This document shows, one piece after another, positions 28,901 through 43,900 of a DNA stretch of 64,000 nucleotides. A model generated the notes under the pieces. That model was not told where the DNA came from. It ran no database searches and saw only the letters and a program-made list of their open reading frames with translations. Position 1 is the first letter of the stretch. Every line of letters begins with the position of its first letter. Made by a program: the position numbers and the translations under genes. The DNA comes from Amoebophrya sp. A120 (lineage: Eukaryota > Protista > Dinoflagellata), in contig CAJINV010000015.1 of assembly GCA_905178155.1 (NCBI GenBank), positions 271,309 to 335,308 of the forward strand, written 5' to 3'.

Positions 28901-31900
28901 GGTCCAAGGTAGAACTGTCGACAGAAAGCATCTGGGGATCCAGGTCCGATTGCGACCCAGCCGGCGCCATTCCTGGTTGAGAGGAGCCGAAGGACGGAAT
29001 CCCGGTTGTTCCCTGGGAGTGCGCCGAGGTGATCGACGTGAGCCGATCTAACGTTGGGGCAGACAGGACGCCTCCAGCGGAGGTGTCTTTCGTGTTGCCA
29101 GTGGTGACCTTGACACCTAGCGCCAAATGGTCGTACATTTCCAGCCAATTGCGCATCCGTCCGCGCCCGAACTCGTCGAAATACTTCTCTTCCTGCATCA
29201 CAGTCGTCAACCGATCGCAGTTGTACGGAAACAGGTCTTTGTCCCTGTCGGTTCGCTTGTCATTTTGCTTCTTGATGCTCTCGTTTTGTTTATCCTTATC
29301 ATCCTTCTCCGGTGCACGACAATCCCGCACGCTCGTGTCCGCGTGGAAGTGTCGATTGCGCCGCGCGTTGTAGAACTGGCCGGACTGGGAAAAGAGCAAC
29401 TCCACCAGCTTGCGCTTCAACGGCCGGGGCAGGTTCATGCGGTTTTCCCGCGTGCGGTCCTCCAGCTTCACATTCTTCTTGTGCTTCGGGATGGCCAGCG
29501 ACCGCGAGTGCCGGTCCAGCCGGACGCTGACCTGGTCCACGGTCAGCTGCTGCACACGGTAGGTCTCATCCCCCTCCTTCTTCCGCGACCAACCGAGTCG
29601 CTGCCAGTAGCTGCCCTTCATGCCCGACGCGTTTTCCAGCATTTTCTTCGACGTGTGGTCCGTGAGCAGGTGGTCGTAGACCTTGTGCAAATCCGTCAGG
29701 AACCGCTTCCTTTCGAACGCCTTCGCCCAGGAAATGCGCTCTTTCGTTACCGCATACTCCTGGACCCACCGGTTTTCCGTGTGCGCGCTCGGGATCCCGG
29801 CGGTTTGCAGCGCCTTGACCAGCTCGTCTTGCGTAGAAAGCCGCTCGAGGTACTTGAAATCCGACCAGGGTCGGAAGTACTCTTTGCTCTGAATGCCATA
29901 CTTCTTCATCTCGTCTTCGTTCTCGCTATCATCAAACTCGTCGGCGTTTTTCGCCTCCGCGCCGAAGGCCTCGGGGTCCTGCTCCAATTGCACTTCCAGC
30001 GATTTTATCCTATGCAAAAGTATCGCACTCGTACTAATTGCAAATATGCATGACAAATCTTCTTCCTAAGGTAAAACAGCATTTACAAATTCTACTTCTC
30101 TTCTTGCCAAAATTTGTAATGCAATTTATACTAGAAGTACGATACTTTTGCAATGCATAGATTTCCCGACCGCCATGGTGCTGGATTGCATCGCCTGGTT
30201 CAATATGGACTGCAAAAGTGTGTGGGTCTGGAAGAGTGCAGGATTTTGTCATGCATACTTTGCATGCCCCATGAGGTCTGTGATGCATGCCCTAGCATCA
30301 GAGATTTTGCGAGGGCTTTCTGATGCTCATACCGCATGAGAAAGGCCCTCTCCGTCTCCGCGTAGCACAAATTACACTTCTACTTTTGCTGTTCATGCAA
30401 TACAGATTTCATGTAGAGTCCAAAGGTAGCATCACAAGTTGCATCCTTCCAGACCCAGACATTTTTGCATTTGATATTCAAATCGAGCGAGGAGTCGGTT
30501 TCGGTTTGTTCCATCTGCTGGTCCAGTTCCATCTCCATATTCAGGGATTGTTCCTGCTCCTGTATGGAGAGAAAAAAGTTTGTCACAGTCACTAACTTGG
30601 GGGTTTTGCATGACAAATCTTTTAGCATCATAGCTTTTCCTTGTATTGCAGAAACACTAAAGGGAAATCCCGTATGCTGTTTGGCTGTGATGCATGTTTA
30701 CGCATGAGAGGCATTCTTTGTATTGCAAAAATGCCCATGAGTGATCGTGACGATCTTTTTTCTTTTGATATCCTGTTCCTGTTCCATCTCCTGCTCGTAT
30801 TCCAGGGACATCTGTACGTTCGCGGCCGCTATCAAATGCAAATATGTCTGGGTCCTCTGGGAACTTGTGATGCTAAAATGTAGATGATGGAAACAGTTCC
30901 GAATGCAACCTAGCATGACAACTTTCCGGAACGCGGCTTTCTCATAGGCAATCCGCATGAGAAACGGCGTGGCTGCATGTCCAAAAGAGGCTGCGACTTT
31001 TGTTGGTTTTATGCAATACAGATCTTCTAGGTATGGACAACTAGCATTACAAGTTCGAACCTTCCAGACGTATTTGCAATCCATAGCCGCGGAGCCGAAC
31101 CCAGGGTCGTCCGCGTTTTCCATTTCGGAAAATCTCTGACTCGAGGAAATCTTAAAGGGGTTGTAGATATGGTCATCGTCGTCTTGATTTTTGTTCTCGT
31201 AGAAGCTCAAATCTTCATCCTCTTCCAAATCATCGATTGCCGGTGCGTCGGAATCCGGTTCCCGTGTCGATTCCGACGAACTGCCCGTGAACCCAGAAAT
31301 GGCGGCATCGTAAGGAAAAATGCCCCCTCCCCATATTGAAAGCGTATCCGTCTGAAAATTTGTGATGCGCATTTGTTACCTCAAATCCTGTCTGTTTTGC
31401 AAGAAGGCAAGTCCAGATAGCGCCCCGCATTTTGCAGGCGGTTTGTGATGCTGTTGGGCTTAGAGCATACACGTTTGCCATGCTAGGCGCGTACGTCAAA
31501 ACCTCGCGACTGAGGCTTGGCAAATGCCTGCAGTCCTCTACTGCAAGACAAATCTGATTTGTGTACGGAAATCCAGCATCAGAAACTTCGTTTCGATATG
31601 GGGAGGGGGGATTTTTCCCTTTGATAAGCGGATCCAGAATCCCACTCAGCTTCTTCGTCGGAATTAGCGCTAGCGCCGGAACCCAGATTCAGCAAAGACC
31701 CGCCGAGGGAAGCGGACGCAGCAGATTTCGGGCGGTTGGAAACCATAATTGTGTCCATTACGGCCGGTATCTTTTTCACAACATGTTCAGAAAAGGAACT
31801 GCTGTACGAATGGAGCTGTTTTTTCAGAAACTCCCTCAACTCTTCCAGCGTATGCTCGTCGAAAGCCAAGGATCCACCCAGTCGCGGGTAGTTCGGAGAC

Positions 31901-34900
31901 GAAATGACCCCGCCCACGGCGAGGATTTTCGATTGATGCTGGGCGTAGAATAAGCTGTTCAGCACGTTCGGCAGTAAGAGCATCGAGTGCGAGGACATGT
32001 CCAAGTTTTGACTCATTATCACCCTCGGCTCAAAGACCGCGGATAGATCGGTGAAAGCGGACAATCTGGTGCCGAGGTAGGTTTGCGACGGAGCGAGGTA
32101 GTCCAGAAGCGTGCGGGGAGATGAGCTCGTACCGGCACGAGATCTACTACTTCGTTGGAGCAGGAGGTCGCCAGAATTGGGCGACACAGGTTCTTCACCC
32201 TCTTGATCCACTGGCATATTATCGTCTGTGGTTCCAGATCCAGATGCGGCCGCTTCAGAGATCGAAGCCGGCTTTGTCAGCGGGAACAGCCCAGTACCGT
32301 CGTAGTATCGGCTCTCGGAAGTCTCATCAATGATCGCAGCAGCGGCATCGATGTTTTCCTGCTCCTCATCTTCACGAGGACCGGTGTTGTAGTAGAAACG
32401 ACCGTTTTGAAGATGATCCAAAGAACCGCCTGTACTACTGCCTCCTAGGTTCATCTCATCCTGCTCGGAGGTTCTCGGCGGCGCAAGCAACGCTGCTTGC
32501 GCTGGTTGGGGGGACACGGCGAGAAACGCGACCCACCAATCACGAACAGCAGTCTTTTGCTGATAGTTACCAGCACAAGCGTCGCTCTGATAGTAGAATT
32601 CGTTGTCGTTGAAAAAGTTCCAGAACGGCAGCAGGTCACGCAACAGGTGTCGCACCCGAAATTCCCCCTCTCGATGCTTCGCGAGAAACTCCGGCAGCAT
32701 GGACGCGGTTAGGAATCGCTCCTTTTTCTGCTCTTCGATCGCAAGCTGCTCCGCAGAATTGCTACTCTTCCGCTTCTGCTGCTCCGAGCCTTCTTCCGCT
32801 TGCTGGTCTACTTGATCTTGATCTTCATTTTCCATAACGTCGACTTTCAAAAACACATACTCCCGATCCAATGGTGGATCCAGCGGTGATTTCGCCGTGA
32901 GCACGGTTTTCAGCTGCACACTGTTCTTCACAACCTGCTCTAGCTGTTCGAAAATCGAGAACAGAGGATCTTTCATCCGCGCGGCTTTCTCTGCGCCATC
33001 GGTTCCTGGTTCTGCCGGTTTGATCATCGTGCGCTCCGCAAACCCAGTCGCAAAAACGGATTTCAAAGTGGAGAACGGATTCGCACGAGAAGTAGCTCCG
33101 GCTGTCTCTTCGTCCACTTGCATCTTTTGCTCTTCTGCTTCTGCTTCAGAAGCCCCTCCCGCGGGAGTGGTAATTGTATTCAAACTCATGCTGCTATCCA
33201 TGACAAACTGCGACAAGTGCAACCCCATCTCGACCACCGCAAACGACGTGGCCCAGGTGTGGTTTTCTGTTGCAGATTCCCCAACCGCGTAGGTGTTGAA
33301 GATCTTCAAACCCTTCCTAGCCAGCGCCTTACGATTTCGGTTCGTGAAGAACAAATCGATGTCGTTGCCCTTTTGCTTCGAGGCGAAGTTCTGCTCCTGC
33401 GAAGAGGAGCCGGAATTGTACATGGCATTATTTTTCACCAAGGTAAAAAATTCCTCAACCAAGCTCCCGCGGTTCACTCTCTCTTGAGGAGAGACCACAA
33501 GACCTGTCGTGCCAGGTTCTTGCGACGTGACTTCTCCACCACTATCGCTGCTCTCCTGATCCAATTGTAGCAATTGCGCCCACCGCCGGTTTCTTCGCAC
33601 CATCAAAATGTCCGCGATTTTGCTTGCCCGATCCTCGGCCGCGAGCGCCAGGATGGAATTCTGCATAGAATCCAAAATCATCGTCTTCCGCTTGTACGCG
33701 CCTTTTGTGAAATCATCTTTGAAAAACGGGAGAATGTCCTCATCGTCAAACCGCCAATAGTCGTCGTCTTCTTGTTCGGTCTGTCCCTCTTCGGACGTGG
33801 TGACAGTTTCATCTTTTTTGTCGAGTTGCGTCAAGGCGAAAAATTTCGACCTTTTCACTTTTTTTGCAGAAGGAGAACCACTAGCGCCGGAGGTCCGCGT
33901 GGTTGTTCCGACAGTGAACCTGTCATCAACTTGACCTTGTGGTTCCTGTCGTGCGGTTGTTTGCTGTTGTATCGTAAGTAAAAATCCCCCCTCCCCATAT
34001 CGAGACGAAGTTTCTGATGCTGGATTTCCGTACACAAATGCCCGCTGTCTTACAGTAAAGCATCGCAGCCAGATCCTCAGCCTAAGTAGGGGCGTTTGGG
34101 TCTAGTTGTTTAGCATTGCAAACAGCTCTCCCCTAGGCCCAACAGCATGCCAAACCGTTTCCATAATGGCGCGGAAGCCTCTGTACTTATCTCCTTGCAA
34201 GACAAACGTGATTTGTGGTCCGAAATCAGCAACACAGATTTTCGGAATCATACCGTTTCGATATGGAGGGTAGGGGAGAATTGTCCTTTTGATATGTTGG
34301 CCCTCCTCTTCATCCGAACTACTCACCGCGTAGTTTCTCGGCGAGTCTAACACCGGAACTTCTGTTGCAGATGAACCTGATCCACTTGCTCCGGTGACTT
34401 GTTTATCGTGCAGTTTCTGCAGCCCTTCCAATTCTCGGTCCAGCCCCTGCTGCGCGTTTAACAAGTCCGTTTGGAAATCTTCTTGCAGCATCTCCGACAA
34501 ACTCTTCCTATCCGTCGAATACAACCGCATAAAGGAATCCACCGACTTCTGCACCTTCTGGTAGAACGCTTGCGACGTCGCGTCATCGTCTTTCGTGTTG
34601 AATTTTTTCAACTTTTTCTTCAAGTTTTCGAGAATGTCGTTCACCGTCGTCTGCCGTTCCTGCACCTGTGCCCGCTTGTGTTCGGAGATATGTAGTCTCC
34701 AGCTTTTGTCACTATTTGATTCCGCGGGGTCGTAATCGTAGCCAAACTGTGGCTTGGCATTGTTCCACGTCGGGAGCTATCAACTGTAAAAATGTCTGGG
34801 TCTGGAAGCTTGTGATGCAAATCTACGAATTGTGGGCGCACTATAATACACAGCCCAGCATGACAAGTTTTTGCGCTGCTGTGTCTTTCGTTTTTCGCGT

Positions 34901-37900
34901 GACAAACAGCGTCTTTGCATGACAGGTAAGAGGCCCTTTTCCTGCTCATGCATCACAGATTTAAGACTCATGCCAGACAAGCATGACAAATCTGCATTCT
35001 TCCAGACCCAGACATATTTGCATTCGATAGGAGCCAATCTTGAATCGATTCTTTGAATCCGTAAGCTACGGAGTTGCCTTATGCATTGCAAAAGTATCGC
35101 ACTCGTATAAATGCATCACAAATTTCCTCAGCATGAGAAATAAAATTTGTAATGCGGATTGACCTTAAGAAAAGGATTTCTAATGCATGATTGCAATACG
35201 AGTACGTTACTTTTGCAATCCATATAGCTTGGTGTTCCGGATTATCCGCGTTCATCTGATGCTCCCTGCTGGCGGCGGACTCCAAAAGTTTCGCGAGTTT
35301 CTGCTGAAAGAGATCGGATTTGATCAAGGTCTCCTTCATCTTTTGAATCTCCTCTTTTTCCTCAAAATACTGATCAGCGAGGGTTTCAAACGTCGACAGC
35401 CACTGCTGCTTTGCCTTCGGAGACGTCGGCGAGCGGGCAAAAACTTCCGCATATTCGTGGTAAAGCTGCTCGTTGGACCGGTTGCTCACAAAGGAGCCCA
35501 TAATTGACTGCTGTTGCTGGTGGTCTTGCTGTGAAGATCGCTGCGGCGATGCTTTACTTTCCTTGGCCTTCTGCTGTTCCTGTGCGGAAGTGAAATAGCC
35601 GAAAATATCCAAAGGCGTGGTGATGGAGTGCAGCTCCGTCTGCATCACGAACAAGGATCGCTCGTCTTCCTGCGTGTGGATAGATTTCAAGGTGGCGCTG
35701 CGCTGAGGATCTTCTTGTCCAGATCCCTTGTTCACTAAATTCAGAACCGCCTCATTCTCCTCTTTCAGCAATTTCGTTGTGATTTCCGTCTGCCACCGCG
35801 CGTAAGCCTCGTCGACGAATTTGCCGCTGTGCAGATCTGGTTCGGCCTCCTCAAAATCGGTGTACACGAGCGGGTAGTGCTTGTCGCGGTGGGTGTTTGT
35901 CTCCACATCGGCTTTGAGCTTTTGCCACTGCTCCTGCTGGAGCTTCTTCCCCTGGTCGTTGACTTTCTGGTGGAAATAGACGTGGAGTAGCTGCGTGATC
36001 GCTTGCTGGAGGGTATTACAATGAAAAATGCCCCCTCCCCATATCAAAGCGGAAATCTGTGATGCAGATTTGTGGTCACAAATCAGCTTTGTGATGCTAG
36101 GAGGCAAAAGATGCGGACTGTAGTGCTGTCTAGTAGGGAAAGCCTTGCAGCTCCAGGATGACAGGAGGCAACTGAAAATGGAAAACAGCATGACAGATTG
36201 CCTGCAATTTAGGCCGCAGCTTCGTCTCTTGGCCTTCTAGCAATACAAGTTGGTTTGTGTACTCAAATACAGCATCACAAATTCACGCATCTTTCGTTTC
36301 CGATATGGGGTGGGGGCTTTTTTCACTTTGATACAGGGTCAACGCTTGATCGTCGTGGTCCCCGTTCGAATGATGCCCTGCCGCCATGTCGCGTGGTGGT
36401 CTTTTGCCGTTCGCGCTATTATAGTGCAAAGAACTCGTCCGGGGTAAGTCGTAGTGCTCCGCAACATAAGCCTTGATCGTGATCCGCTTGGCCCCAAATC
36501 GGTACAGAGACCGGGACTTGTCTTTCTGTATTTGTTTCCATATTTTCTGGTCCTCGTTGTCGTTTCTTGTTGTAGAAGTCCCACCTCCTGCCTTGGCGAT
36601 CAGCTCCAGTTCCTTCTTCCTCTCAATGAACCGTTCCAACCGCTTCGCCAACCACTTCGTGCGCATCAGCACTTCCCCCGCAAGGGGGGTTGTGGACTGT
36701 TGTTGACGCAATGAGGACGGTCTTGAAGAGGGAGATGCTTGTTCCTCGCGACCCTCATCCACGCCGAAGGCCTCTTGGTACGCCTTGCGCAGGGCTTCCA
36801 GTCGGTCCCGGTACCGCTCCATTTCTTGCAAGGAAAGAACTTCGGAATTTCTGTTCTTGGCGTTTTCGTATGGATTGCAAAAATGTGTGGGTAGGGAAAC
36901 TTGTGATGCAAAAAAGGGAATAGTGAACTCACTATGATTCGCTGCCAAGCATCAGTTTTTTTCATGGTTCTGAGTTGCGTATTCCGCATGACAAACTGCT
37001 TTTTGCATGACAGGGAGGAGGAGCTCTTCGCGGCCATGCAACACAGAGTTCAGAGTCATGCCAGACTAGCATGACAAATCTCGCAATCTCCTAGACCCAG
37101 ACATTTTTGCAGTTGATATTTCGCGCTCGAAATTCAGCATCATGGCCGGATTCAGCATGCGGTTCAGATTATGCACTGCAAAAGTATCGCACTCGTATAA
37201 ATGCATTACAAATTTCCTCAGAATGAGAAATGAAATTTGTGATGCGGATTTGACTTAACAAAAAGATTTGTAATGCATGATTGCATTACGAATACGATAC
37301 TTTTGCACAGGATACAGATCCAGCAAATCGGCCAAGTTGTCTAACCTTGTTAAATATTCCTTCACGGGCGGCAGCACCCCACTCGCCACAGCTTGCGCCA
37401 TCGCGTTCTGTTGCCGGCTCCGAGGACTTGCTCTAGGGCTTGTCACTCCATTCTCCTCAAGAACGCGCTGGTGTTCTTGATCCGCAGCGTCATCGGAGGC
37501 ACCACCAGCAGTACTACTTCCTCCATAATTGTCATTGTCAAAGGCCAGCATTTCTGCTTCGCGCAAGATCCTTTCCGGGGTTCGCTTTTGCAGGTGAAAG
37601 TTTTCCTTGTAGTTTTCCGGATACTCGTTTGCCATCGGGTCGATGTCTTCTCGTTCGGAAAGGAAAATCAAATTCCGCTCGTACTTGTAATCGTCGTGCG
37701 AAATGCGCAACTGAGTCGGATCCTGACCACGAAGCGACCGCCGGGAGGACGTTTCTCGAAACAATCGAGGCTGGGAAGTAGCACCACTACCGCCCTGCTC
37801 GTCTGCGGTGGATCCCGCTTGTGGTCCACCTTGATGTAGTTGCCATTTCTCTTCCAGTTTCACCTGCGTTGTGCGCATGTGTTGCAGCATTTTCTCATAA

Positions 37901-40900
37901 TCGTTCTTCACTTGGTCATAGTCGTCCCTTAACGGTAATTGATGCACGGCAAGGAGGTTCTCGTCGTTCTCATCCCCGAGGTTATCTTTCGTTACTTCCA
38001 GCCCGAGTAGCGACCAGGAGTCAATCTTTTCTGTTTTGTACGCACCAGGATACTGGTCGTGGTTTTTCCGATGCATGATAGGAATCAGGTACAATTCCGT
38101 AGCATGTTGCTTCATTTTCAACATCTGGGGGGCAGCACTACTACCACCTGATAGTACAGGTTCGCTGTGCAGCTGTTGTTCCTGCTGACCAAGAACGGCA
38201 GCTCCTGCTGCCCCTTCCTGTGCATTCGCGTTCAGAATCTCGTTGGCTAGACTCTCCATCAACGGCGACAGAGAATCCTTCGAGGCACTGTGGGTCCGTT
38301 GCCTGTTATCAAATGCAAAAATGTCTGGGTCTGGAAAGTTGTGATGCAAGAAGTGGATGATAGCCGGACTGCAATACGCAGCCCAGCATGACAAATTTTT
38401 GAGCTGCTATGTGTTGCGTATTCCGCATGAGAAACTGCGTTTTTGCATGACAGATAGGCGAGGCTTTTCGTGCCCATGCATCACAGATTCTAGAGTCATA
38501 TGACATGCATGACAAATGTAAGAATCTCCCAGACCCAGACATTTTTGCATTTGATACCTGTGGTTCTTGTGCGAGTCGGCATAAACGACAGGACTCATCT
38601 ATGACGCTCTCAAGCGTTACACTCTCAACTGTTACATGGATTTGCAATGCAAGAACAGCAACAGTGAAAGTGGCAAGATTGCAGCTTGTGCATTACAAAT
38701 TTGGGACGGATTATCATGCTGTTTATTAGCCCTTAGAAAATTTGGCATGCTGAGCATCTTGATCAAGTGGAGGCTGATGACAATTTTGCACGACAAATCC
38801 GTGTAACAGTTGAGAATGTAACATTTGAGAGCGCCATATCATCCACTTTGTGATACGGGGGAGGATATTAGTATTGCTGCTGCTTCCTGCCCCTGCGGCA
38901 GCATCTCCTGTCGCTGCACTTGCTCCAGGATCCGCAAGCAATTTGTTCTCCACCATCAGCTTTTCAATCTGTTCATTGATCTCCATTTTCGCTTTAGAGA
39001 GCTCCTTTTTCGATTCCTCAAGTGCCTTTTGGACAACGGGCGAGGTGTGGTGGAGCTCAGCTTTCTTCCCGGTAAACGTTTCGGAAAACATTGCGAACAA
39101 ATTATCCAATTCCCGCATTTCATCTTCATCGTCGTCATCGTCTTCGGATTCGGAATTATTGGCCGCTTGAGATGAACCATTGTTCTCGCCTCCGTCCTGT
39201 TGACCATGTTTAGGCGAGGGGTCAGTGTTTTCGCCACTGTGGCTCCCGCCGTCCATGGCATCGTCGCCATTGGTACCTTCCGAACCACTTTTCATCATAT
39301 CGGGTTTGTAGATTTTTGCGGCAAGTTTCAGGAGATTTTTCTTCCAGGATTCGCGCTCCAAATTCGCAGTGACATCGTGCAACACGAACTTGTTGAAGAA
39401 CACCTCATTGAAATCGTGCGGACGCATCTTCAGTTGGAGTTGCTCCATTTTACTGTTTCTGCCATGATAGCTGTTATACCTGGCTGAAGAGGTTGTAGTA
39501 CTTCCCGCTAGGTAGTCGAACGATGCCTCCGACGAAGCAGCGCTGTTGTCGTCGTTACCAGAAGATTTATCATCTTCCGGCAACAACTTCAGCATCTTCG
39601 TTTGCGCTTTGATGAAGTCCGAGTCGCGCTGCATCATCGTTTTTGCAGAAACAACTGCACCACCTCCAGACGCGGCAGTTCCCGCAGCTCCTTGCTGCAC
39701 GTAGTTCACCGCCCGTTCGAGCAAAAACGTCAAAGACTGGACCAACTCAGAGCGTAGAATGGAGTGCTGGCGTCCGAGTAGCAGCAAGTCCGCCTGAATG
39801 TTCTTCGTCTTCAGTTGTTTCTCGGTTAGTTTCGCGCCGTTCTGCTCGGTGGTCGAAGCCATTTGGATGTTCTGGGTGGGCTCGTCAAAATTCTGGCCGT
39901 CCATCATGCTGTCGAGCTGCAACTCAGCATTCAATTCCTGCTCATCGAGGATAGATTCGAAATCACCACCGTCAGAGTCTTGGTCTGATTCCTCGAAGTT
40001 GTCACCTTGGTGGTCTGCTGTTGGGTAGTAGCCGGAGCCATCACCTGGTTGCGCGGTTTGGCCTTGGTTCATATCTGCTTCAGGAGCCCCCGTTACAACT
40101 TGTTGCACTTGATCCCCGGGACCAGCACCAGTGGTTGCCGCTACAGCTGCACCGTCAGCAGCGGCTTCCGACGCAGCATCGTCACTGTCTTCCATTTCAA
40201 CATCTTCTGGCTCAGCTGCGGGAGGGGCAGGAGGTTCTTCCAAAACAATTTCGCCTAACCCCGTTTCTAACGCTTTCAGTTCCGTCTTTTTCGTGGCCAA
40301 ATAGGCAGGGTTGCGATTCTCAACTGACTGCTTCACGCCCGTTGGTCTTGGTAGTATTCTAGCAGCCAGGTCAACATCTTCCGCCACCTCTGAAATGTCA
40401 AGCTGCTCCTTCCACGCCGTCTTTACGAAGTCCTGGATAACACTGGTCTCGGCACTGAAGAGTTTATCGACGAGTTTTTGCACCTTATACAGGGCCCACC
40501 AGAGTGCTTTCTCTGGTTTCGGCATCTCTTCGTAAGGTTTGTAGGTTTCGTCCTTCTCGTTCATGTAAGCTGGTATACCGCTTTCGTCCATGAGTTCACT
40601 GTCGTCCACCCAACCCCACCACTTCTTGTACGCTACAACCGCGGCTTTGACAGCCTCCAGGAGTTCCCCGCGCAACTGGGTAAGTTCCTCGAAACGTTGG
40701 ACAGCAGCCGCGTGTTCGGCAGCAGCAGCGGCAGCAGCAGCAGCGCGTTCAGCAGCAGCAGCAGCTTTAGCTGCTTTTGCAGCTTCTGCAGCCGCAACCT
40801 CTTCGGCAGAAGGACCAACTGTAGACGCCGCGTGGTCCTGCCCGTCTTTAGCAGGAGGACCTGCAACTACTTCATCGACCCTTTGCACAAATTTCATCGG

Positions 40901-43900
40901 ATTCTTTCTCTGTTCCACTTCTCTTTTTATCAGCACCTCCAAAAGTTCCATCTCGTGCCGCGGCACCCACGGAATGAACTCCGAATCGGGACCGTGGACT
41001 TTGGTTAACAGAAGCAGTAGATCCTGGATCGTCACACCGACAAAAGACGATGCTTCTGCATTTGCACTACCGGTACTAGACCCGCCTACTTGTCCTGCTC
41101 CTGCTGGTGCACCAGAAGTAGAACCACTACTAGCAAAGAACCCGGGATTCATGAAGAGCATGTTGTGCAAAATTTCCAACACCTTCCTCAATGTCCGCGC
41201 CAGAGCAGTCTGCACCCGCAGCGCGTCAAACCGCTTTCGTGCGGGTAAAGAGCTGATAAAGCCGGTGCACGGACTGCCGAATTCCCCGTAGAGTTGCAAG
41301 TTCGATTTGTACAAGTCGTTTAACTGTTGACTCGTCTGCTGCGCACTATCAAATGGGTTGTTCTTGTTTTGCGCATTATTATTCGTCCCCGTGTTCATCC
41401 CACGAATCTTTTCCAAGTCGTCTGCGTTACCGCACAAGCCGAGCCCAGCGAGCTCTTCATTCGAATCATTGAGGTCCATCATGGCCTGACCGAGATGCTC
41501 AAACTTTACCGCGTCATCTAACGGCAGCGGCATGTCCTGCACGACGGTCATTTGCTTCAGATTGTCGTAATAGACCGGGACAATGGCCGACCTCACCTCC
41601 TTTTTCAGCACCTTGTTCGCCTCCGCCTGCAGTTGCTTGGTCAGCTCGGATTCCGATCGCTGTTGCTGCGTTTGCTCGGCCCGCATCGATTCGGATTCCA
41701 AAAAGTCCAATTGGTCCTCAATTTTTGTCTTCCGCAATTGCTCCTGCATGGGGCTCAGATTTGCCGGGCGGAAGTTCATGTTGCTCTCACTCGCCGTAGC
41801 GGCGTCCGTGTTAGGAGCATCTGGATTTAGTCGACTCTGCTGATTTGATATGGTGGCGTCAACGACGCTTTTTTCAAGTATGCTGAAAATTTTGATATGC
41901 ATTTTTTTTCGCATGACGATTGGGGTTCCGAGCACTTGGGCGACACTCGAAGACATCGCGCCCCGTTCCCACAGGGCCTGTGTCTATCAGCTTGGAGGCT
42001 GGCCACGTCAAGCTCCTCCGGGACCCACTTCATGGAGGGCCCGCCGCGTGGCATTCGCTGTTGGCGAGGCGCCACGGCGTCCCGAAGTGCAGCAAGGGGC
42101 GCGCCCCTATGTGTTGGTAATGCGCATGCCCCGCCGCGCGGGCACACTTCGAGCAAATAGAGGCCTTGCACAGGTTGGGCAAACCTCGACGATGCCGCGC
42201 AACATTGGGCCGCGTTTTTGGTTTCCCATCGATTCGGCGCGCCCGCGTCCGTGGCGAAGCTTAGCTGGGTTTGCCGGGCCGGCCCCCCACGCAACCAGGA
42301 GGGGGCCCGCCGCCTCTTGGCAAAATCCACAGCGAGCCCGCCGAAGCCTTTGCCGGGGTATGCCCCCGCGGCCGCGCAAGCCTGCCGGGCCCCGCGCGAC
42401 CTGCCAGGCGACTGCGGGCCAGTAAATGCACTACCAGGAAAGCGTCGGCGGCAAGCCCCGGGGGGCGCCTCCGGAAGGGGTGAAAAGATGCCCCCCAAAA
42501 AAACGCGAAACCCCAGCGAATGATGCCCCTCAAAGAGGCCCCCAAACGTCCCGGAGCAATTGCCCGACGCCGGGCAGAGAATTCTCCGGAAATTGCGCCG
42601 AAGGACCTCTGCCTGTGCTTGGAATGCCTCGGAAATAAAAGTTGGCCCGAGCGCCGCCGCCAGGGATTTTGCTTCGCGATAGGCGCCACTGGCGCCTGTC
42701 AAGGGGGCGCGCACAGATTAGCGAGAGCAAAATGTTGGTGGTGTAGGGTCCGCGCGCTTTGGCGGGCCAGGGTTTCCGGCCGTGTCCGGAAAAGCTGGCC
42801 CCCGTCCGGCTTTTTCTTTCAAGGTGCATTTTTTGGCATTACTTTCGCCCACTGCGCCCAATGTCTTCGCCGCTGGTATGTCGGCAAGGGTTTCCATAAA
42901 CAGAGGAGAGACGGGGGGCCAACGAGGAAGCCGTGGGCGGATGTCGGGAGGCGCCCTCCCTCCCCGAAATGATCTCAGACAATGCGCGCGGGCCAACACG
43001 GCGGGCCTGTTCATGGGCGTCTAGCTTGGCTCCCCCCTCATTGGGCCTGCGCAATCAAGTGCGCGGCCCGCTTCTGCAGTTTCATTGCCCGAATGCGCAC
43101 GGGCGGAAGGGCGGCGCATTTGCAAAAAATACGCATACAAAAATTCTCAGCATACTTGAAAAAAGCGTCGTTGACCGGGCCATATTTGAAGATGCTCCGG
43201 GAGAAGTTGTACTTCCACCCCCGGCTCCACTGCCTGATTTGCTGTCGATTTCCACAAGTTTCGCTTCATTGTCGAAAGCGTGGCTCGTAGTCACCACCGC
43301 TAACCGCGCGACTAGATCTTCCGCCAACAATAACAGCTGCTTCAGAAAGCGGTCACGTAAAGGCTTTTCGACATTGGGATCGGCGGTGAAGCCAAAGAAC
43401 GCAGAGTTCGCATCGGCGTTTCCAGATAATTCTCCTTGTCTGCGACTCATTTCGTCTAGCACGCCTGAGGAGAGAGTCTGGTGGTCCGGCAAACCTGTGT
43501 CCGAATTCTGGTGGGTTAACATCGTTGGAGATCCCTGAAGATTAGAAGCATGACTGCCGCCCCCTCCGCGGCTGCTCATTCCCATCGGCGTCGAGATCTC
43601 CGTCGGGGCTTGGGAGGCCGTCTCCCACAAGTCAAACTCGTCATCGTCCGTCTCACTTCCACCGCTCCCGAAGTCTCCGCCACCACTTATGGAGTTCTCG
43701 AATGTTATACAGTCTCAACTGTTACATGATTTGTCATGCGAAATTGTCAGCAATATCTACAGGATCAAGCTGCTTCGCATGACAAGTTCTCGACTCGCTT
43801 CTAGATAGCAGAAGAATCTGCGCAAAATAACCTGTAATGCAAAGGGCGCAATCTTCGCCCTTTCAATTTTGCCACTTTTGCATTACAAGTTCATGTAACA

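Noticed and set aside
30477-30829. EQEQ-rich tract as a sign of a DUF3638-type helicase-like protein
   Set aside because: I could not find the accompanying Walker/helicase motifs; a low-complexity tract alone is insufficient.
41827-43054. ORFs inside the 1336-bp element as a transposase
   Set aside because: Overlapping R/G/P/A-rich frames expected in GC-rich DNA; no catalytic motif recognised.
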